This document shows, piece by piece, positions 33,402 to 43,706 of a DNA stretch of 64,000 nucleotides; the stretch's first letter is position 1; each line of letters begins with the position of its first letter. The notes below the pieces were generated by a model. That model had not been told where the DNA came from. It did no database searches and saw only the letters and a list, made by a program, of their open reading frames with translations. Position numbers and translations under genes: made by a program. The DNA comes from an uncultured cyanobacterium (GTDB taxonomy: Bacteria > Cyanobacteriota > Cyanobacteriia > CAKZMO01): the NCBI GenBank assembly GCA_963719515.1, contig CAVRCJ010000010.1, positions 384,001-448,000 of the forward strand, given 5' to 3'.

Positions 33402-33673
33402 ACTGCATTCAGACCGAGACAGATATTGATGAAAAGATTGCAATGATCCAAATATCCTGCAATCAACTATGTTTATCTCCAGAAGGACACAAAGCAAAAA
33501 TTGGGATTGCCAGGACCAGTGCAGAGTCGCCAAAATCAACTTTTCGCGCAGCACAAACAGTCAACCTCCTCAAGCGACCAATCGAAAGCTGAACCGCTAC
33601 ACAACAAAGTGAAGCAGACACAACTACCGCGCGTTCAGAGTTCTAAAACCTTCAATGTCCTGCGTCCGCCTCA

Positions 33674-33826
33674 GAGGGCGTTTGAAAAGTCACAAAAGTG
33701 CTGCATTACCCCCTCTAACTCCCCCTTGCTAAGGGGGAGAACTCCAACTTCCCCCCTTAGCAAGGGGGGACTGAGGGGGGTGAATCAGGAGCATACTGCT
33801 CCAACCGATACTTTTCAAACATCCTC
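33674..33826. mobile_element. 153-bp MITE with IS5 (IS1031-group)-like ends, carrying REP-like palindromes
   Basis: TIRs GAGGGCGTTTGAAAAGT / ACTTTTCAAACATCCTC (15/17), flanked by a TCA direct repeat (33671-33673, 33827-33829); internal cccccttgctaaggggg and ccccccttagcaagggggg. Confidence 0.8.
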
Positions 33827-33868
33827 TCAGAACCACCCACCATCTAACCAACTCAAAAGAGGCAACCC

Positions 33869-35032
33869 TTACCCCACAGCAGCCTCCAACCCACCAGCCA
33901 GCGGCAGCCGACATTCCACCCTGCTCCAGCCCTCCTCATCCAAATCCCCCTCCCCAGACGGCGTCTCCAACAACGCCAGCTCCCCCCCCATCAGCGCCAT
34001 CAGCTGCTGACAGGTCATCATCGTCAACCCCACAGACGCATCCGAAAGACTCGCTTGTGTTTCAGAAGCCATCTCATACAGCGCCTTAGGGTCCGGCACG
34101 CTTTGCAGCAGCTCACAAGACTCCGACCAGGCCGCCGCCGGACGCTGGTCAGCTATCTTAATCAGCGCCTGCCCCCCCTGAATCTCCACACCGAGGCGAA
34201 TATAGCCGCTCTCCATCAGGTAAATCGGAGCCGTCAGCAAATGCAGCAGCACCTGCAGCAGCCGCTGGCGATCGCCATAAACCTCAATAGAATCTTCAGG
34301 GTGCTCAATAGTCAGCCTCAGATTGCGGTTTTGGGCCTGAATTTGCACCACCTGCTCCACCTCCAGCAGAATCTCATTCAGGTCAACGCTAGTCATCACA
34401 AGCGCCGCTCTGCCATGCTCCAGCTTAGAGAGTTCAGTCAGCTGGTCCAAAAGCTTCAGCAGCTTCAGGGCAGCGCCGTGGGCCTGACCCACAAACTCCC
34501 GCTCTTCTTCCGGGCTATCGCATAGATCCGTCAAAATCAGCTGATGCAGACCAATGACGCTGTTGAGAGGCGATCGCAGCTCATGGGAGGTGCGGGCCAA
34601 AAACCCCGCCTTCAGCTGGGCCATCTCCGCAGCGAGGTGGTACGCCAGCTGCCACTGGTCTTGCCCTGGAGCTTGCTCAGGCTGTGGATTAGGGTTTGGG
34701 ATGATACCTGGGTCAGTCTCTGGGCCAGCGCCTGAGCTAGACACCAGAGTCGTAGCCTGCTGCCCCTCATTGGGCAACCCAGCAGCAGCTGACCCGGCAC
34801 CAGATGGCCCGGCACCAGATGACCCAGCACCAGATGGCCCGGCACCAGATGACCCAGCATCAGAGTGAGCAGAGTCAGGAGACTGGTGAACAGAGTCAGG
34901 AGACTGCATCGCCCCTGCGCACCCCGCTCGCTCCGGGCCATTGCGCGACTCAAATTGAGGCCGAACGAGCCACCCCAGCGCACCACCGGCCAAGACACCG
35001 CTACTCAACCACACCATCGCCGTCCAGTCCAT
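33869..35032 (-). CDS. Membrane-anchored histidine-kinase-like protein with degenerate ATPase domain
   Basis: N-terminal TM; H-box FLARTSHELRSPLN; N and G boxes not canonical. Confidence 0.8.
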   Translation of the reverse strand: MDWTAMVWLSSGVLAGGALGWLVRPQFESRNGPERAGCAGAMQSPDSVHQSPDSAHSDAGSSGAGPSGAGSSGAGPSGAGSAAAGLPNEGQQATTLVSSSGAGPETDPGIIPNPNPQPEQAPGQDQWQLAYHLAAEMAQLKAGFLARTSHELRSPLNSVIGLHQLILTDLCDSPEEEREFVGQAHGAALKLLKLLDQLTELSKLEHGRAALVMTSVDLNEILLEVEQVVQIQAQNRNLRLTIEHPEDSIEVYGDRQRLLQVLLHLLTAPIYLMESGYIRLGVEIQGGQALIKIADQRPAAAWSESCELLQSVPDPKALYEMASETQASLSDASVGLTMMTCQQLMALMGGELALLETPSGEGDLDEEGWSRVECRLPLAGGLEAAVG

Positions 35033-35224
35033 TAAATACTTTCCTAGTAGCGCTGTATCTCTTTCAGTATGCCTTCTGGTTAGAGCCTGTCACTTAAAGT
35101 CTGTTTTGCTTACTACAAAAGGCCATTTTGCTTACTACAATAGACGGAGGTCGGTGCATCGCTGTGCCCCGATGATCGCTCTTACAGAGCTCAACTTACA
35201 GAGGCTCAACGAGGTAATCCGGCT

Positions 35225-36586
35225 ATGGCCCGCCCTATCGTCGCAATCATTGGTCGCCCCAACGTGGGCAAATCTACCTTAGTCAACCGGCTGGCCGGGG
35301 GGCGAGAGGCTATCGTACATGACGAGCCCGGCGTTACCCGCGATCGCACCTACCGGGACGCGTTCTGGCGCGATCGGGAGTTTCGGGTGGTGGATACGGG
35401 CGGTCTGGTGTTCGATGACGACACCGAGTTTTTGCCGCTGATTCGCGAGCAGGCGCTGCTGGCCCTGGGAGAGGCGAGCGCCGCTATCTTTGTGGTGGAT
35501 GGACAGGAAGGGCCGACGGTGGCCGACGAGACCCTTGCCGACTGGCTGCGCCAGCAGAAGGTGCCCGTCCTGCTGGCGGTGAACAAATGCGAGTCTGTAG
35601 ACGAGGGACTGCTGCTGGCGGCGCAGTTTTGGGGCCTGGGTCTAGGGGAGCCCTACCCCGTGTCGGGCATCCACGGCAGCGGCACCGGAGAGCTGCTAGA
35701 CGCCCTGATGGCCTACCTGCCGCCGACCGATGAGCTAACGGAGGAAAACGAGATTCGCGTGGCGATCGTGGGTCGGCCCAACGTCGGCAAGTCGAGCCTG
35801 CTGAATTCCTTTGTCGGGGAGAACCGCGCCATCGTCAGCCCGATCTCCGGCACCACCCGAGACACCATCGATATGCTGGTGGAGCGGCAAGGCCAGCGCT
35901 ACCGGATCATCGACACCGCCGGCATCCGCAAGAAGAAGAGCGTGCATTACGGCCCAGAGTTTTTTGGCATCGCCCGCGCCTTCAAGGCCATTCGCCGGGC
36001 CGACGTCGTGCTCTTTGTGGTGGACGCCGTAGACGGCATCACCGAGCAGGACCAGAAGCTAGCCGGACGCATTGAAGACGAGGGAAGAGCCTGCGTCGTG
36101 GTCGTCAACAAGTGGGACGCGGTGGAAAAAGACTCCCACACCATTTACGAACACGAGCGCCACCTCAAAGACCGGCTCTACTTTTTGGCCTGGGCGGAGC
36201 ACATTTACGTCAGCGCCGTGACGGGGCAGCGGGTGGAAAAGATTTTAGACTTAGTGGATTTAGCGGCGGCGGAGCACCAGCGCCGGGTCACGACCTCGGT
36301 GGTCAACGAAGTGCTGGAGGATGCCGCACGCTGGCACTCTCCCCCCACCACGCGCCAGGGCCGTCAGGGCAAAATCTACTACGGTACCCAGGTGCGGGCT
36401 CAGCCCCCCACCCTGGCGCTGTTCGTCAACGACCCCAAGCTATTCAATGAAAACTACCGCCGCTATATGGAGCGTCAGTTCCGCGAGCAGCTTGGCTTCC
36501 AGGGCAGTCCCATTCGCCTGATTTGGCGGGGTAAAAAGGTGCGGGATATGGAGCGCCAGACCGCGAACCGGGCAACTAAGGTATAA
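35225..36586 (+). CDS. der: Ribosome biogenesis GTPase Der
   Basis: Two GRPNVGKS P-loops; DTGG/DTAG; NKCE/NKWD. Confidence 0.98.
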   Translation: MARPIVAIIGRPNVGKSTLVNRLAGGREAIVHDEPGVTRDRTYRDAFWRDREFRVVDTGGLVFDDDTEFLPLIREQALLALGEASAAIFVVDGQEGPTVADETLADWLRQQKVPVLLAVNKCESVDEGLLLAAQFWGLGLGEPYPVSGIHGSGTGELLDALMAYLPPTDELTEENEIRVAIVGRPNVGKSSLLNSFVGENRAIVSPISGTTRDTIDMLVERQGQRYRIIDTAGIRKKKSVHYGPEFFGIARAFKAIRRADVVLFVVDAVDGITEQDQKLAGRIEDEGRACVVVVNKWDAVEKDSHTIYEHERHLKDRLYFLAWAEHIYVSAVTGQRVEKILDLVDLAAAEHQRRVTTSVVNEVLEDAARWHSPPTTRQGRQGKIYYGTQVRAQPPTLALFVNDPKLFNENYRRYMERQFREQLGFQGSPIRLIWRGKKVRDMERQTANRATKV

Positions 36587-36633
36587 AAAGCCTGAGCATA
36601 GGCTACTAGAGATTAGGTCAACCGTTATAGCGC

Positions 36634-37536
36634 ATGGATCTACTGCGATCGCTGCCCATTGGGCTCTATTTGGAGCAGCCTTCCACCTGGCTGCACCGCA
36701 TCGACGGGCGCGTCAAGTTTGCTTGGCTGCTGAGCTTTTTGCTGACCCCCATCGCCGCTAGCCCTGCCTGGCGGCTGACTATTGTGGCGGTGCTGCTGCT
36801 GCTCACCGTCATTGTTGGCATTCCTCGGCGCGTTTGGCAGCGGCAGGTGCTGCTGCTGCTGGGGTTCTCGCTGCTGCTGTTTTGCGTCACTCTGCTGCTG
36901 CCCGACGGCGTGGATGTGGCTTACCAGCCGCGATTGCCCCCCGGCGACGTGGTTTCCCTGGGCGATGCCCCAGCCCAGGTGAGCGCCCTGCCCCAGCCCA
37001 GCGGTTACCGCTACGTCTTATTAGACTGGTGGCGGGTGCGCGTTACCCGCCGCTCCCTAGACCTCGCCGTTCGCATTTCTACCTTGACCTTCACCCTGCT
37101 TTACAGCAGCAGCCTCTACCTGCTGACCACCATGCCCGAAGAGATTACGGCAGGACTAGAGTTTCTTCTACGGCCTCTACGGGTTTTGCGGGTGCCGGTT
37201 ACGGAGATTGTGCTGACGCTGACGCTGTCTCTACGATTTATTCCCCTGGTTTTAGAAGAGGTGCAAAATCTGATTCGCTCGGTGCGCACCCGGGCCATCA
37301 ATTGGAAAAAGCTTGGGGCCAAAGGCTCGCTGCAGGTGTGGCTGATGGTGGCCGAGCGGCTGTTTCAAAATTTAATTCTTCGGGCTGAGCAAACCGCCAG
37401 CGCCATGCAGGTGAGGGGGTTCACCACTGCTGATACCCACCGTGTTCGCTGGCATCAGTTCCGCTTTAGGGTCAGGGACGGCGTTGCGATCGCCATTTTG
37501 CTTGGGTTCTGGGTGACTCGCCTGCGCTGGGGCTAA
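36634..37536 (+). CDS. ECF transporter T component (CbiQ family)
   Basis: MDLLRSLPIGLYLE, LTTMPEEI, SLRFIPLVLEE, AMQVRGF. Confidence 0.88.
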   Translation: MDLLRSLPIGLYLEQPSTWLHRIDGRVKFAWLLSFLLTPIAASPAWRLTIVAVLLLLTVIVGIPRRVWQRQVLLLLGFSLLLFCVTLLLPDGVDVAYQPRLPPGDVVSLGDAPAQVSALPQPSGYRYVLLDWWRVRVTRRSLDLAVRISTLTFTLLYSSSLYLLTTMPEEITAGLEFLLRPLRVLRVPVTEIVLTLTLSLRFIPLVLEEVQNLIRSVRTRAINWKKLGAKGSLQVWLMVAERLFQNLILRAEQTASAMQVRGFTTADTHRVRWHQFRFRVRDGVAIAILLGFWVTRLRWG

Positions 37537-37699
37537 CCGCAACCCGCTCCCCGGCATCCCCGATTTATATTAAGCGTGCTTTACTTTGATTACAGTGAAA
37601 GCGCTCGGAATGTTACAACTTGCTAATAATATAGATAACAACCGTCCTAATCCGCCCCTTCCCATCCCATGTTTTTCTATGAGCGCCGTCAGATCTGAC

Positions 37700-37966
37700 A
37701 TGAGTACCGAGACCTACCTCAATCACCCAACATTTGGGCTCTTGTACCAAGTTTGTCTGATCGAAAATCAAAAAGAGCTGTTCGCGACGCTTTACGCTCA
37801 GCGCCTGTTTTTTATTGTTACCAGCGGGGCTGGTGGCGTTGAGTTCGATCCCATCGGACGCACAGACGCTAGAGTCCTAGTCGAGAACCGACTGCGGATG
37901 CTCCGCCATACCAACAGCCGCCAAGAGTACGAAGCGCTACAGTTCGTTCACAAGCAAACGTTTTAG
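37700..37966 (+). CDS. pipX: PII/NtcA-interacting protein PipX
   Basis: MSTETYLNHPTFGLLY, LFATLYAQRLFF; directly upstream of pipY. Confidence 0.95.
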   Translation: MSTETYLNHPTFGLLYQVCLIENQKELFATLYAQRLFFIVTSGAGGVEFDPIGRTDARVLVENRLRMLRHTNSRQEYEALQFVHKQTF

Positions 37967-37968
37967 CA

Positions 37969-38643
37969 ATGTCACTTTCCTCTGACGCTGTCGCTGAGAG
38001 AATTACAGCGCTTCAGCAGGCTGTCCCCGCGAACGTGACGCTGGTGGCCGTCACTAAACAGGTGCCCGTTCACCTGATGAGGCTGGCCTACAGCCTGGGC
38101 ATCCGGAACTTCGGAGAGAGCAAGGTTCAGGAGGCGGCAGATAAGCAGGCCCAGCTCGACGACCTCACGGGAATCACCTGGCATCTGATTGGGCATCTTC
38201 AAAGCAACAAGGCCAGCAAAGCCCTGAGTCAGTTTCAGTGGATTCACTCTCTCGACAGCCTGAAGCTTGCCCTGCGGCTCAACAAGCTGTCCGCAGAGGC
38301 CGAGGTGCCCCCCAACCTCTGCCTGCAGGTTAAGCTGAGGCCCGATCCCAAAAAATACGGCTGGTCTCCTGAGGAGTTGCTCCAAGACTTACCCCAGCTT
38401 GACCAGTGCGAGAATCTCTCTATTCAAGGCCTGATGGTGATCCCACCCTACGGACTGCCGGAAGAAGAAACCCACCAGGTGTTTGCCGACGCCCGCCAGC
38501 TCGCTGACACAATCCGTCAGCGTTCCCCCTCGCGGATTCAGATGACGCAGCTTTCTATGGGCATGTCTGACGACTACCTGCTTGCGATCGCCGCCGGGGC
38601 CACCCTGATTCGTCCGGGGCGGATCCTGTTTGGCGAGCGCTAA
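37969..38643 (+). CDS. pipY: PLP-binding protein PipY (YggS family)
   Basis: VAVTKQ, FGESKVQEA, WHLIGHLQSNK, LSMGMSDDY. Confidence 0.95.
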   Translation: MSLSSDAVAERITALQQAVPANVTLVAVTKQVPVHLMRLAYSLGIRNFGESKVQEAADKQAQLDDLTGITWHLIGHLQSNKASKALSQFQWIHSLDSLKLALRLNKLSAEAEVPPNLCLQVKLRPDPKKYGWSPEELLQDLPQLDQCENLSIQGLMVIPPYGLPEEETHQVFADARQLADTIRQRSPSRIQMTQLSMGMSDDYLLAIAAGATLIRPGRILFGER

Positions 38644-39085
38644 AGGTAACGTTTTAGCGGTCCCGTCCCAAGGGCAGCGTTTTGGCCGCGATTCTTAATT
38701 TGGCCGCGCCACAGCTACCGCGATCGCCTAAACTTTAGAAATCTTTCAAAATTTACAGCGGCTGGATTGCGGATAGATTGATATCATCGTCCAGCGCTTT
38801 TTAAATACGTTTTGATCCCCGAGGGTAGTCCGTGCAACATTTGCGGTTTATTTCGCAAATGCATTGAACTATCAGGCATTGCAGTATATGATTTCATTCA
38901 AATCGTGCTATGCGAACAAGGGTGATCAAAGTTACAGTCTCAGTGGTGTTAGCCCCCAACAGGCAGCAGCGGATAGGGTCAGAACTGCTGGTTTAGTGCT
39001 TCGTTTAAGCGTTGCTCCCTGTCCTTCTTACCAGTCGAATTGAGACCTACATGCCTGCCACATCAAGTTATACGGAGTATTAGCA

Positions 39086-39673
39086 GTGAGCAACATTTTC
39101 AGTAAGCTTAAGGACTTTGTCGGATTTAATGAGCCCCTAGATTACGAGTATGACTACGACGAGGTCAACGACAACGCTTATCAAGACCTCTATCAGTCAG
39201 AAAATACCGACTCCGAGCAAGAGTCTCGTCAGCCCCGCGTGCGCGAACGTGCTGCCGTAACGACGGAACTGGGCAGCCGCAGCAGCAGTGCCGTACTGGG
39301 CAGCAACGTTATTGGAATGCCGGGGGCGCTCAACGGCATGTCTGAGGTGGTGGTCATTGAGCCCCAGTCTTTCGAGGAAATGCCCCAGGTGATTCGCTCC
39401 CTACGAGAGCGGAAGTCAGTGGTGCTCAACCTCACCCACATGGATGCCGATCAGGCCCAGCGCTCTGTAGACTTTATTGCAGGCGGCACCTATGCCATTG
39501 ACGGCCACCAGGAAAGAATTGGGGAGAGCATCTTTTTGTTTACGCCCAACTGCGTGCAGGTGAGGACGCAGCCCGGCATGCCTGCCGACGTGCCGGCATC
39601 GCCTAGCGAAGCGCCGTCTTACTTGCCGACGCCACCGCCGGCTTGGGGAAGCGAGCAGGCTCGCATGGCCTAG
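39086..39673 (+). CDS. sepF: Cell division protein SepF
   Basis: [38 protein letters not shown]. Confidence 0.95.
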   Translation: MSNIFSKLKDFVGFNEPLDYEYDYDEVNDNAYQDLYQSENTDSEQESRQPRVRERAAVTTELGSRSSSAVLGSNVIGMPGALNGMSEVVVIEPQSFEEMPQVIRSLRERKSVVLNLTHMDADQAQRSVDFIAGGTYAIDGHQERIGESIFLFTPNCVQVRTQPGMPADVPASPSEAPSYLPTPPPAWGSEQARMA

Positions 39674-39723
39674 CGGGCCGGTAGCGCTTCGATACTTTGC
39701 GGTTGACTAGACGAGGATAGCTT

Positions 39724-40530
39724 GTGGTACTTGGGGTGATAGGCGGCGGTGTCATGGGCGAAGCGCTCATTCGCCGCCTGGTTGAGCGGTCTGTCTACGT
39801 CCCTCAAGAGATTCTCGTTAGCGATCCGCAGGCGGAGCGACTGGCTTACTTAAGCGATCGCTACGGTATTCGAGCGGCGAAGAACAACGGGGCTGTCGCC
39901 GCTGAGGCGAGCGTGCTGCTGCTGTCGGTCAAGCCGCAGGTGTTTGACGCCGTTGCAGTAGATCTCAAACCTCACCCAGAGCGCGCTTCAGCGCCCCCCC
40001 TGATTCTGTCGATTTTAGCGGGCATTCCCCTTGCCCGCCTAGAAGCGACGTTTTCAGAGCAGCCCGTGGTTCGAGCCATGCCCAACACGCCTGCCACGGT
40101 AGGCGCGGGAATCACGGCGATCGCCCCTGGGACGAGGGCAACCCCTGAGCATATTGAGCAGGCGACGCAGCTGTTCTCAGCGGTGGGGCAGGTGGTGCAG
40201 GTGCCAGAGTCTTCGATGGACGCAGTGACCGGTCTCTCTGGGTCGGGTCCGGGCTACGTCGCCCTAGTGATTGAGGCGCTGACGGACGGCGGAGTCGCGG
40301 TGGGGCTACCTCGGGCGGTGGCGGCACAGCTGGCGGTGCAGACCGTCCGGGGGACAGCTGAGCTGCTGGCAACGGGGGAGTTGCACCCCGCGCAGCTCAA
40401 AGACCGGGTGACTAGCCCTGGCGGCACTACCATCGCGGGCGTAGCTCACCTAGAGCAGGCCGGTCTGCGCTCGGCGCTGATTGGAGCGGTGCAGGCGGCC
40501 TACCAGCGATCGCAGGAGCTGGGGTCTTGA
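39724..40530 (+). CDS. proC: Pyrroline-5-carboxylate reductase
   Basis: GGGVMGEA, VKPQ, RAMPNTPA, GLSGSGPGY, VTSPGGTT. Confidence 0.96.
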   Translation: MVLGVIGGGVMGEALIRRLVERSVYVPQEILVSDPQAERLAYLSDRYGIRAAKNNGAVAAEASVLLLSVKPQVFDAVAVDLKPHPERASAPPLILSILAGIPLARLEATFSEQPVVRAMPNTPATVGAGITAIAPGTRATPEHIEQATQLFSAVGQVVQVPESSMDAVTGLSGSGPGYVALVIEALTDGGVAVGLPRAVAAQLAVQTVRGTAELLATGELHPAQLKDRVTSPGGTTIAGVAHLEQAGLRSALIGAVQAAYQRSQELGS

Positions 40531-40546
40531 CCCTTGAGTCTTGACG

Positions 40547-41746
40547 TTACAGGTAGGCGGCAGGGTTGACGGGGGAGCCGTCGCGGCGTACTTCAAAATG
40601 CAGATGAGGGCCCGTGGAGAGGCCGGTGGACCCTACGGCGGCAATCACCTGCCCCCGCTGCACGGTGTCGCCCTCCGATACATAGACCCGGCTGGCGTGG
40701 CCGTACAGGGTCGTGACGCCGTTTCCATGGTTGATGATGACGGCGCGACCATAGCCGCCGTACCACCCCGCAAACAAAACCCGTCCCGCATCGGCAGCTC
40801 GAATGGGCGTTCCCTGGCTGGCCCCAAAATCAATGCCAGAGTGGAAGCGCCGAGAGCCCAAGATAGGATGTACGCGCCAGCCAAAAGAGCTGGTGATTCG
40901 TCCCGCCGCTGGAAACGCCATCTGGCCTGATCCTAGGGCAACCTGCTGGCTGGCGGCAATCCGCTGCTGGATGAGGGCCGTCAGGCTTTTGGAGTCCTGC
41001 TCGAGGCGCGCTTCCGCTTCTTCGAGAGCCTTGCGGTCCTGCTGCAGCCGCACCACTAGAGTGCTTTGCTCTTGAGCCTGGGCCTCGTATTCCGACTTTT
41101 GCAGCAGCAGCCGCTGCCGCAGGAGCGCGATGTCGTTTTTCTTTTGCTCAACGCGCCGTTGAGTTTGCTCGATGGCGTCCGCCTCTTGGGCTAGCCCCGT
41201 CAGAATGCCTCGGTCGTTTGTATAGAGCAGCGATAGCTGTCGCCGTCGGTCTAAAAACTCGTTGAGATTATCGCTCTGCAGCAGCACCGCCCAGCCCTGA
41301 CCGATGGTCTGACGCTGCAGAAAGCGGAGCCGCGCTACGGTGGCGTACTGGTGGTCTTGGTGGGCCTGCTCTGCGCTAGCAAGGTCCTTTTGCAGCGTTT
41401 GCAGCTGGGTTTGGGCTGCCGCAAGACGCCGTTCGCTGTCGTCAACTTGATCTGACGTAGCTTGAATCGAATCCTTCAAGGTGCTCAGCTCGTCCTGGGC
41501 TTCTCCTTCCAGCGTCTGCAGGCGATCGCGCTCCTGCTGAATGGTGCTGCGCTGCTGCTCAACCTGCCGCTGCTGCTGCTGCAAAGTCTCGATTGAGGCG
41601 TTGGTTTGAGCGATTTGGGTGCGGTGCGGCGCGGCATAAGCTGCGCCAGCAGGCCCGGCCATCGCGACCTGCAGGCTGAGGAATAGGCCTACCCCCCAGC
41701 TCAGCAGCCAGCCCCGCCGCCGTGACCGAGGCACACCGACTCTCAT
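40547..41746 (-). CDS. Coiled-coil + M23 peptidase (EnvC/NlpD-like)
   Basis: Long coiled coil; HSGID, YGHAS, STGPHLHFEVR. Confidence 0.9.
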   Translation of the reverse strand: MRVGVPRSRRRGWLLSWGVGLFLSLQVAMAGPAGAAYAAPHRTQIAQTNASIETLQQQQRQVEQQRSTIQQERDRLQTLEGEAQDELSTLKDSIQATSDQVDDSERRLAAAQTQLQTLQKDLASAEQAHQDHQYATVARLRFLQRQTIGQGWAVLLQSDNLNEFLDRRRQLSLLYTNDRGILTGLAQEADAIEQTQRRVEQKKNDIALLRQRLLLQKSEYEAQAQEQSTLVVRLQQDRKALEEAEARLEQDSKSLTALIQQRIAASQQVALGSGQMAFPAAGRITSSFGWRVHPILGSRRFHSGIDFGASQGTPIRAADAGRVLFAGWYGGYGRAVIINHGNGVTTLYGHASRVYVSEGDTVQRGQVIAAVGSTGLSTGPHLHFEVRRDGSPVNPAAYL

Positions 41747-41765
41747 GGCGATCGCTTCAACCGCA

Positions 41766-42035
41766 TCACGGCCCCGCAAAAACCGCCTCTTCTAAGTCTT
41801 GGCGGCTCAGGGAATATTTGAAAGAGCGCTGAACGTCGTCGCCGTCTTTGGCCCCGATATAGCGGATGTTCAGTGCGTCAGTGTCGAGGGTCAATTCGGC
41901 CTGCCAGCCGTCTTGCTCTATATGCCAGCAGTGGCGATTCTCAGAACTTTGCTCACAGCCCTGGGACAAAAGCCACTGCTCGATGTCGGGTAGCGGATGG
42001 TTGTACAGCGGGGTGTCGGCGGTGGGAAGTGTCAT
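41766..42035 (-). CDS. Conserved cyanobacterial protein (DUF3143-like)
   Basis: TPLYNHPLPDIEQWL...RSFKYSLSRQDLEEAVFAGP. Confidence 0.75.
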   Translation of the reverse strand: MTLPTADTPLYNHPLPDIEQWLLSQGCEQSSENRHCWHIEQDGWQAELTLDTDALNIRYIGAKDGDDVQRSFKYSLSRQDLEEAVFAGP

Positions 42036-42206
42036 AGAGGCTTACTCGGCGGTGGGCGTCAGCGGTTGGAGAAGGTCAAAGGCAAGAGGGGAGGAGCGGG
42101 CAGCCGCTTAAATCTACAGCTCACTATCATAGCAGCCTGCCCTCTGGGTTAATAGGGCTGTGGTTAATAGGGCCACGGTTAATAAGGCCAGGGCCGCAAA
42201 ACACGT

Positions 42207-42647
42207 TCAAAGGGAAAACTCCCCGCGAGCAACCCCAATGGCGATCGCCAGCAACAGGCAGCCTAAAACGGTAGCTCCCAGAAGACAAAGGGCAAATAGC
42301 TCACCACCAGAGAGGGGGCGATCTGTAGGATCTAGATAGGCCGAGCGACTGGAGTAGGGAGCCGACCGCCGAGGGGTCATGAAGTCTGCGGGGGGCTGAA
42401 TGACCGAAAACTTCGAGTAGCCCTGTTTGAGGTCATACCGGAGGCGACGCTCGGGATTACTCAAGGTTCCATAGGCTTCGTTGAGCTGCTGAAACTTGAC
42501 CACAGCTACGTCAGCGGGGAGGGCAGTCGTATCGGGGTGGTAGAGCTTGCTCAGCTCTCTGTAGGCCCGCCGAATCTCCTGCGGCGATGCCCAAGGAGAA
42601 ATTTCTAGGAGGGCGTAATGGCTGGTCAGTAGGCTCACGTCAACCAC
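42207..42647 (-). CDS. J-domain protein with C-terminal TM helix
   Basis: IRRAYRELSKLYHPD; EAYGTLSNPERRLRYD; RPLSGGELFAL. Confidence 0.9.
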   Translation of the reverse strand: MVDVSLLTSHYALLEISPWASPQEIRRAYRELSKLYHPDTTALPADVAVVKFQQLNEAYGTLSNPERRLRYDLKQGYSKFSVIQPPADFMTPRRSAPYSSRSAYLDPTDRPLSGGELFALCLLGATVLGCLLLAIAIGVARGEFSL

Positions 42648-42735
42648 GCTAGTCCAATTCGATAGCTAGATTCTCTCTCATGATGGCGTACAGGCCTACC
42701 AAATTCAATCTTCAACTGCGCTCACTTCGACGCCC

Positions 42736-43638
42736 CTACACCAGCGCTGAGCTATTCTCCCCGTGGGCTACCGCGCCCTCGCGGGTCAGCCGAATCTGCG
42801 CCAGGGTGAAGATTACCGGAATGATGCGGCTGTAGTTGGTGGCGATCGCTCGCCATCCCAGGTCCGTGAGCAACCAGGCCCACATCGCCGGGCCGAGCAG
42901 CGAGAACACCGTTCTCACCGCCGTATAGCGGGTCGCCGTCATCGCCATTCCCCGGCGAGCCATCTGCATCGTTACCCGCTGCTTAATTCGTGTGGAGACA
43001 AGAGCGCTACCCGCCGCCAGCGCCTGCTGAGTGACCTGATAGCGCGCCATGTGCCAGGCAAACTGGTGGGCCACCTGCCGCAGCAGCCAGCTCCGCAGCA
43101 CTGAGCTGACGGCGATCGCGCCGCTGCCGACCAGCAGCGTTCGCAGCGGGTCTTGGCGCATGGCGGCGGGCAGGTTTTTTTGCAGGGGCGATCGCAACAC
43201 CGACTGCTGCACCCGCAGCGCGAGGCGGTCTTGCTCTTGGGGCGGAAGCTGCTTCCAGCTGCGGTACAGCAGGTGCAAAAAGAGCTCCGCTTCCAAGTCC
43301 TCGGTCGATAGTTCACCGGCCACAGACAAAATCTCAGACAGGCTGAGGTTGCGGCAAACCGCCAGCAAAACCTGTCTATAGCTCAGCTGACGGCTTTGCC
43401 CCCGCAGCACCGTAATTCCATCAGCGGCCAAAAACCGAAATCGCTGCTCAATCTGATCGATTTGCTGCGCGCGCGCTAAGGTCTGGATGGCTAATGGAGT
43501 CGGAACGACCGCATAGTCTATGGGATTAAACCGGCGGCTGAACAACATTGACGCTAGGGCCTGCAGTTCGTCATCACTCGCCAGCTCTAACCCGACTCGC
43601 AGCTCATCCATCAGTTTCTCCTCGCGATCGCTTGCCAT
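42736..43638 (-). CDS. YaaW-like conserved protein
   Basis: MDELRVGLELASDDEL, RFRFLAADG, LGWRAIATNYSRIIP. Confidence 0.7.
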   Translation of the reverse strand: MASDREEKLMDELRVGLELASDDELQALASMLFSRRFNPIDYAVVPTPLAIQTLARAQQIDQIEQRFRFLAADGITVLRGQSRQLSYRQVLLAVCRNLSLSEILSVAGELSTEDLEAELFLHLLYRSWKQLPPQEQDRLALRVQQSVLRSPLQKNLPAAMRQDPLRTLLVGSGAIAVSSVLRSWLLRQVAHQFAWHMARYQVTQQALAAGSALVSTRIKQRVTMQMARRGMAMTATRYTAVRTVFSLLGPAMWAWLLTDLGWRAIATNYSRIIPVIFTLAQIRLTREGAVAHGENSSALV

Positions 43639-43706
43639 GTCAATATTCTAATGAAACCGTTCAGGTAATTCCCGATTTTCGGGCCACAGGATTGGAGCCA
43701 AACTTG

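Noticed and set aside
32267..33554. Short ORFs across the CRISPR array
   Set aside because: They are translations of repeats and spacers (FQSPFGVLGHCD / VSIPFRGIRSLR)
33402..33670. AT-richer DNA after the array, considered as a cas remnant or tracrRNA
   Set aside because: No recognisable Cas motif and no anti-repeat complementarity found by eye
37700..40530. pipX-pipY-sepF-proC clustering
   Set aside because: Known conserved cyanobacterial gene order
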